The notes under the pieces: model-generated
Database searches by the model: none
Seen by the model: only the letters and a program-made list of their open reading frames with translations
What the model was told of the DNA's origin: nothing
Assembly: GCA_963663765.2 (NCBI GenBank)
Contig: CAXXUA010000011.1
Coordinates: 117,491-181,490, forward strand
Length of the DNA: 64,000 nt
From: Candidatus Poribacteria bacterium
Lineage (GTDB): Bacteria > Poribacteria > WGA-4E > WGA-3G
Reading direction: 5' to 3'
Translations under genes and position numbers: made by a program
Part shown: piece by piece, positions 59,589-64,000 of the stretch
How the letters are laid out: the number at the start of each line of letters is the position of its first letter
How positions within the stretch are numbered: the first letter of the stretch is position 1

Positions 59589-60326
59589 TCATTCTGGATT
59601 TATTGTCCTTGCTAATGTTAATACATCTACTTCAATGGGATCAGCCTTCCATAATACTTTAACTGCTTCACGCACTGTCGCGCCAGTTGTAAATACATCA
59701 TCAAAAACGAGAATTCTCATACCTCTAACAGCTGAATCCTGTTGTAGTTCAAAAGCACCGATTATGTTTGTTTGACGTGCTTGCCTATCCAAGCTGCTCT
59801 GTGGTGAAGTGTTCTTTTTTCTTATCAATATGTCCGTTACAACATCTAAATGTCCTATATTACCAATATGTTTTGATAGTAAAGTTGATTGATTAAAACC
59901 CCGTTCACGCAATCGCTTTTTATGTATGGGTATTGGTATGATGTAATCATATTCTGATAGCAGACAATCATAAGGAAAGTGCTTCAATATCAGATTCACA
60001 AGAGGTACCGAAAGAGTCTTTCTTTTTTCAAACTTATATAAGTGTATTACGGTTTGAAGTACATTGGCATAATTTGCAATCGTACGTAATTTTCCATACT
60101 GTGGTGGATTTGCAGCACATTTGTCACATAGATTTTCTGATGTTGGGAGTCCACAGATTTCACACCAAGGCGGATTGATGCACTCAATATTACGCCAGCA
60201 ATTGTTACAAACATAAGGAACTGCTTCAAGGCCGAGTATATTATTGCAAACTCTGCATTGGGAAGGATATAGGAAAGAGAGACCTGTTTCTATAGTCTGT
60301 TGTATGAGATTTGAATTTAATCGCAT
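59589..60326 (-). CDS. comF: ComF family phosphoribosyltransferase-like protein
   Basis: Double zinc ribbon, RERGFNQS, DDVFTTGAT. Confidence 0.92.
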   Translation of the reverse strand: MRLNSNLIQQTIETGLSFLYPSQCRVCNNILGLEAVPYVCNNCWRNIECINPPWCEICGLPTSENLCDKCAANPPQYGKLRTIANYANVLQTVIHLYKFEKRKTLSVPLVNLILKHFPYDCLLSEYDYIIPIPIHKKRLRERGFNQSTLLSKHIGNIGHLDVVTDILIRKKNTSPQSSLDRQARQTNIIGAFELQQDSAVRGMRILVFDDVFTTGATVREAVKVLWKADPIEVDVLTLARTINPE

Positions 60327-60359
60327 AGATGTGCTGTTAGAATGATTTAGTGATATACA

Positions 60360-60388
60360 AGTTTACCATGCTGCAAAAGTGTTGTCAA
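60360..60388 (-). promoter_or_regulatory. sigma70 promoter for comF
   Basis: TTGACA-17 nt-TAAACT on the minus strand. Confidence 0.6.
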
Positions 60389-60537
60389 GGTACGAACCAG
60401 GGTTATTCAGTTTTCAATTTATTGAGTAAATTCTATCACTGTTGTTATTCCTTGAGTTAGTTTATTTTTAGGAGTCAACTTTTTCTTTGTCTGAACAAGG
60501 ATTTTCAAATCAAGAAATCAACGGTATGAATGCTATA

Positions 60538-61249
60538 TGAAGATTAAAAAATACTTTGGGTAATTTTACTAATCCGGCCACGGTAGGCGTGCTTTGTCCG
60601 CGCGCCTACCACTGCAGTCGTGCTTTGTCCGCGCGCCTACCACTGCAGTCGTGCTTTGTCCGCGCGCCACCAACTGCAGTCGTGCTTTGTAAGCGCGCCA
60701 CCAACTGCAGTCGTGCTTTTTAAGCGCTCCACCAACTGCAAGCCGTGCTTTGTCCGCGCGCCACCAACTGCAAGCCGTGCTTTGTCCGCGCTCCACCAAC
60801 TGCAGTCGTGCTTTGTCCGCGCGCCTACCACTGCAGTCGTGCTTTGTAAGCGCGCCCCCGATGGTAGGCGTGCTTTGTAAGCGCGCCCCCAACTGCAGTC
60901 GTGCTTTGATGAAGATTAAAAAATACTTTGGGTAATTCTACTAATCCGGCCACGGTAGGCGTGCTTTGTAAGCGCGCCCCCGATGGTAGGCGTGCTTTGT
61001 AAGCGCGTCCCCGATGGTAGGCGTGCTTTGTAAGCGCGCCCCCGATGGTAGGCGTGCTTTGTAAGCGCGTCCCCGATGGTAGGCGTGCTTTGTAAGCGCG
61101 TCCCCGATGGTAGGCGTGCTTTGTAAGCGCGCCCCCGATGGTAGGCGTGCTTTGTAAGCGCGCTGGCACATCAAGTCCCAAGAGCGCGCTTACATAGCAC
61201 GCCTACCATCTGAAAAATATTTATTACCCGATTAATAAATTAATCTTCA
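60538..61249. mobile_element. TA-flanked TGAAGATTAA MITE expanded by two REP-arm arrays
   Basis: TIRs TGAAGATTAA/TTAATCTTCA; left end repeated at 60910; arrays at 60582-60908 and 60955-61163. Confidence 0.88.
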
Positions 61250-61521
61250 TATAGCATTCCCCGGGAATGAATGCCTTATGGCATTCCCCGGGATTAGTAG
61301 ATTATCAAGATTTGTTTCATCAAATCCTATCACAAAAGAGAGCAAAAACACATATCAAAAACTCTTGATGAGGTAAATCCTGAAAATCTGGTAATCCTGA
61401 AAATCTTTGTTCAGACAATAAACAAAAAAAACCAAAAATCCCTATATTTATCAGTAATCTTAACCCAAAGTTAACCTGTATAACATGAGAATATAAAAAT
61501 TGGATAACAATGATAATCTTT

Positions 61522-61638
61522 CAGGGTTATTCAGTTTTTGGCATTTTAGTTATTTCCTGAGAAAATCGCGACCGGGAGTTCGCTCCTACCGCGGGATTTC
61601 TTTTTTTAGCCAAAAATTAGGAAAACTGAATAACCCTG
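61522..61638. mobile_element. 117-bp CAGGGTTATTCAG MITE with perfect 10-bp TSD
   Basis: GATAATCTTT on both sides; REP arm in the opposite orientation to the 41880 copy. Confidence 0.9.
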
Positions 61639-61683
61639 GATAATCTTTACTGTCCCCGTTGACCCGTTGACCCGTTGACCCGT

Positions 61684-62340
61684 GGGTGTGTAAAGATTTT
61701 GCACCATAAGCGTCAATTTAAGGATTTTCACCTCTTGTGGGAGGGGTTTTCAACCCCGAATTTATGCGCTTTTCCTCTCAAATCAAGCGTGAAAAACCCT
61801 CCCACAAGAAAAATGACAACAATATTTTCTTAAATTGACGCCTATGGTGTGTAAAGATTTTGCACAGAGGTACAAACTTTTTTCTCTTTAGTCCCGTAGG
61901 GACGCAATGTTTATAGAAAGACGTTATCACCCCTCTCTTGAGTTCCGTAGGAACGACATAAAAGGTTAAACCATATCGTCCCTACGGGACAAAAAAAAGA
62001 CGTGAGGATATGTATTTCTATAAACATATCGTCCCTACGGGACTGATGCGTATGGTTGATATTAACAATATTTCCTTATATTGACACCTAATGAAGTTTG
62101 ACAATCAATCGGTATTTGAATACGTTGGGGTTGGGGTTCCCCAACCCGTTTGGTTTTTTAAGTTTGCGAAGATCATGTGTGGCAACCACGCCCCTACGAA
62201 TACACAAAATACACAACTTGAACGTCAAAACTCATTAGGGCTCTGTGCCCCGCAATCTCTCATTTAATCAGTTGGGGCGGGCACAGAGTCCCACCCTACA
62301 ATGAAGAATGAGTAGTTTGTGCAAAAATTTTTATACACCC
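61684..62340. mobile_element. GGGTGTGTAAAG-TIR composite MITE, copy 3
   Basis: TSD TGACCCGT; second left end at ~61846; nested elements at ~61704-61847 and 62089-62237. Confidence 0.88.
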
Positions 62341-62347
62341 TGACCCG

Positions 62348-62377
62348 TTGACACAAATTGAGTATATATGCTATTAT
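62348..62377 (+). promoter_or_regulatory. Probable sigma70 promoter for the PhyH pair
   Basis: TTGACA-18 nt-TATTAT with extended TG; AAGGAG RBS downstream. Confidence 0.55.
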
Positions 62378-62423
62378 TTGTATATTAGTGGAATTGACTG
62401 TTTTGATGGAAGGAGTTTTTTGT

Positions 62424-63163
62424 ATGACAGGTGAAGAGAAGTTTCAAGTAGACCTTGAAGGATATCTCGTTATTAAGAATGTGTTAACACCAGTCTGAAG
62501 TCGCGGAGTTGAATGGGTATGTAGATAGAGGGGAGATGGAGGGTCGGCCGACTCTGTGGGGTGAACCCTTCAAGAAACTTATTGACCATCCCAAAATACT
62601 ACCATACCTGATTGAGTTGCTTTGGACCTCATGTACGTCTTGATCACGATTATGTTATTCTGATGAATGCAGGTGAAAAAAGGGGTGGATTGCATGGTGG
62701 TGAAGATGGGGGACGCGCAGGTGGAACTGTTGGGGATCATTGGTATAAGTATCGTGATGGTGTGATGCGAAATGGTTTGTCTGTGATGACATATAATCTG
62801 GCGGATGCCCCTGCTGCTGGGGGTGGTTTTGCATGTATTCCTGCGAGTCATAAAAGTAACTTTGTCCCAAATATACCGCGAGAAGTGCGTAGTTTTTGAA
62901 CGTCCAGCACACTATGTGGTGAATCCGCCTCTTGAAGCAGGGGATGTGCTGTTTTTTACTGGAAGCACTGATACACGGAACGATGCCTTGGAAAGCAAAA
63001 CATCAACGGCGTGCATTGCTATATAAGTATAGTCCTGGTCATATCTGCTTGGAATGGGAATTACTATGACATCAGCAAATATGGTGAGTTGACAGAACAA
63101 CAAAGACGGATGCTGTTACCGCCTTCTATTGGCAGTAGACCGCGTGTGGTTGATGCGAAATGA
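62424..63163 (+). pseudogene. PhyH-family dioxygenase with multiple frameshifts (probably sequence errors)
   Basis: Reassembles as MTGEEKFQVDLEGYLVIKNVLT...LIDHPKILPYL...GPHVRLDHDY...LHGG...GGFACIPASHK...AGDVLFFTEALIHGT...RRALLYKYSPGH. Confidence 0.8.
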
Positions 63164-63243
63164 AAATGGCGGTTAATAAGTACCGTAAATTGAACAAGTG
63201 ACAATTTTACGAAAAAATAAGAGAATGAAAGGATATAGAATCA

Positions 63244-63986
63244 ATGACAGGTGAAGAGAAGTTTCAGGTAGACCTTGAGGGGTATCTCATCATTAAGGAT
63301 GTCTTGACAGACGATGAAGTATCGGAGATGAATACCTTTATTGACAAGGGGTGAGATGAAAGGTCGTCCAAGTCTATGGGGAGAACCTTTCAAGCGGTTG
63401 ATTGATCATCCGAAGATTTCTGCCCTATTTGGTAGAATTGTTAGGTCCGAATGTGCGGCTTGACCATGATTATCCAATCTTTATGAAGAATGGTGACAGG
63501 CTTGGTAGACTACACGGTGGTGAAGATGGTGGTGGTCCGGGTGGTCCCGAAGGTGATCACTGGTATAAAATATCGTGATGGTGTGATGCGGAACGGGTTG
63601 TGTGTGATGACTTATAACCTCGCGGATGCTCATGAAGGTGCTGGAGGATTTGCATGTATTCCAGGTAGTCATAAAAGCAACTTTCTGCGAGAAATTCCTG
63701 GAGATGTTCGTAACTTTGAACGAGCGACACATTATGTTGGTTCAACCGCCACTTGGTGCGGGTGATGTGCTGTTTTTCACGGAAGCACTTGTTCATGGAA
63801 CGATGCCCTTGGAAGGCAGATCACCAAAGACGTGCTTTGCTGTATAAATATAGTCCCGGACATTCTGCTTGGAACGGTAACTATTACAACATAAGTGAAT
63901 ATGGTGAGTTGACAGAGCAGCAGAAACGGATGCTGCTTCCACCGTCAATTGGTGGCAGACCGCGTGTTGTTGATACGAATAAGTAA
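63244..63986 (+). pseudogene. PhyH-family dioxygenase, tandem paralog, multiple frameshifts
   Basis: Same motifs as 62424-63163 spread over all three frames. Confidence 0.8.
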
Positions 63987-64000
63987 CGCAATACGTAGTT

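Noticed and set aside
60582-61163. CRISPR array or repeat-protein genes (ORFs 60569-61181)
   Set aside because: No unique spacers; the ORFs are overlapping translations of a DNA repeat on both strands with no RBS
62424-63986. Programmed frameshifting or recoding
   Set aside because: Too many shifts at non-equivalent positions in the two paralogs and no slippery-site pattern

Overview
AT-rich bacterial chromosome segment. The gene content suggests Candidatus Poribacteria or a similar sponge-associated or marine lineage (inference): WD40-metalloprotease-dockerin-FlgD protein, three PhyH dioxygenases, four Gfo/Idh/MocA oxidoreductases, sulfatase, DUF1501. Housekeeping genes are recO, tRNA-Pro(CGG), a CNNM/CorC-type gene, ybeY, phoH, argJ, rsmD, smc and comF; most other genes are carbohydrate or redox enzymes. 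Two things stand out. (1) A small defence/toxin-antitoxin island at 22.6-26.7 kb: a 604-aa protein with a HEPN-like RxxxxxH motif and an antitoxin-like tail, translationally coupled to a PIN toxin and convergent with an SBD-HNH nuclease. (2) An elaborate non-coding mobilome filling most intergenic spacers. About ten MITE-like shells with different terminal inverted repeats (TIRs) and target-site duplications (TSDs) carry interchangeable GTAG-type REP hairpins. They are nested up to four deep, amplified in tandem (whole elements 4x157 and 4x149 bp; single REP arms 15x40 and 7x31 bp), and invaded by a ~36-nt hairpin micro-element that inserts at one exact position within a REP. No transposase, RAYT, cas gene or true CRISPR array is visible. 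The last 1.6 kb holds two PhyH paralogs with many single-base insertions, probably consensus errors. All family assignments come from motif recognition by eye; no searches were run.
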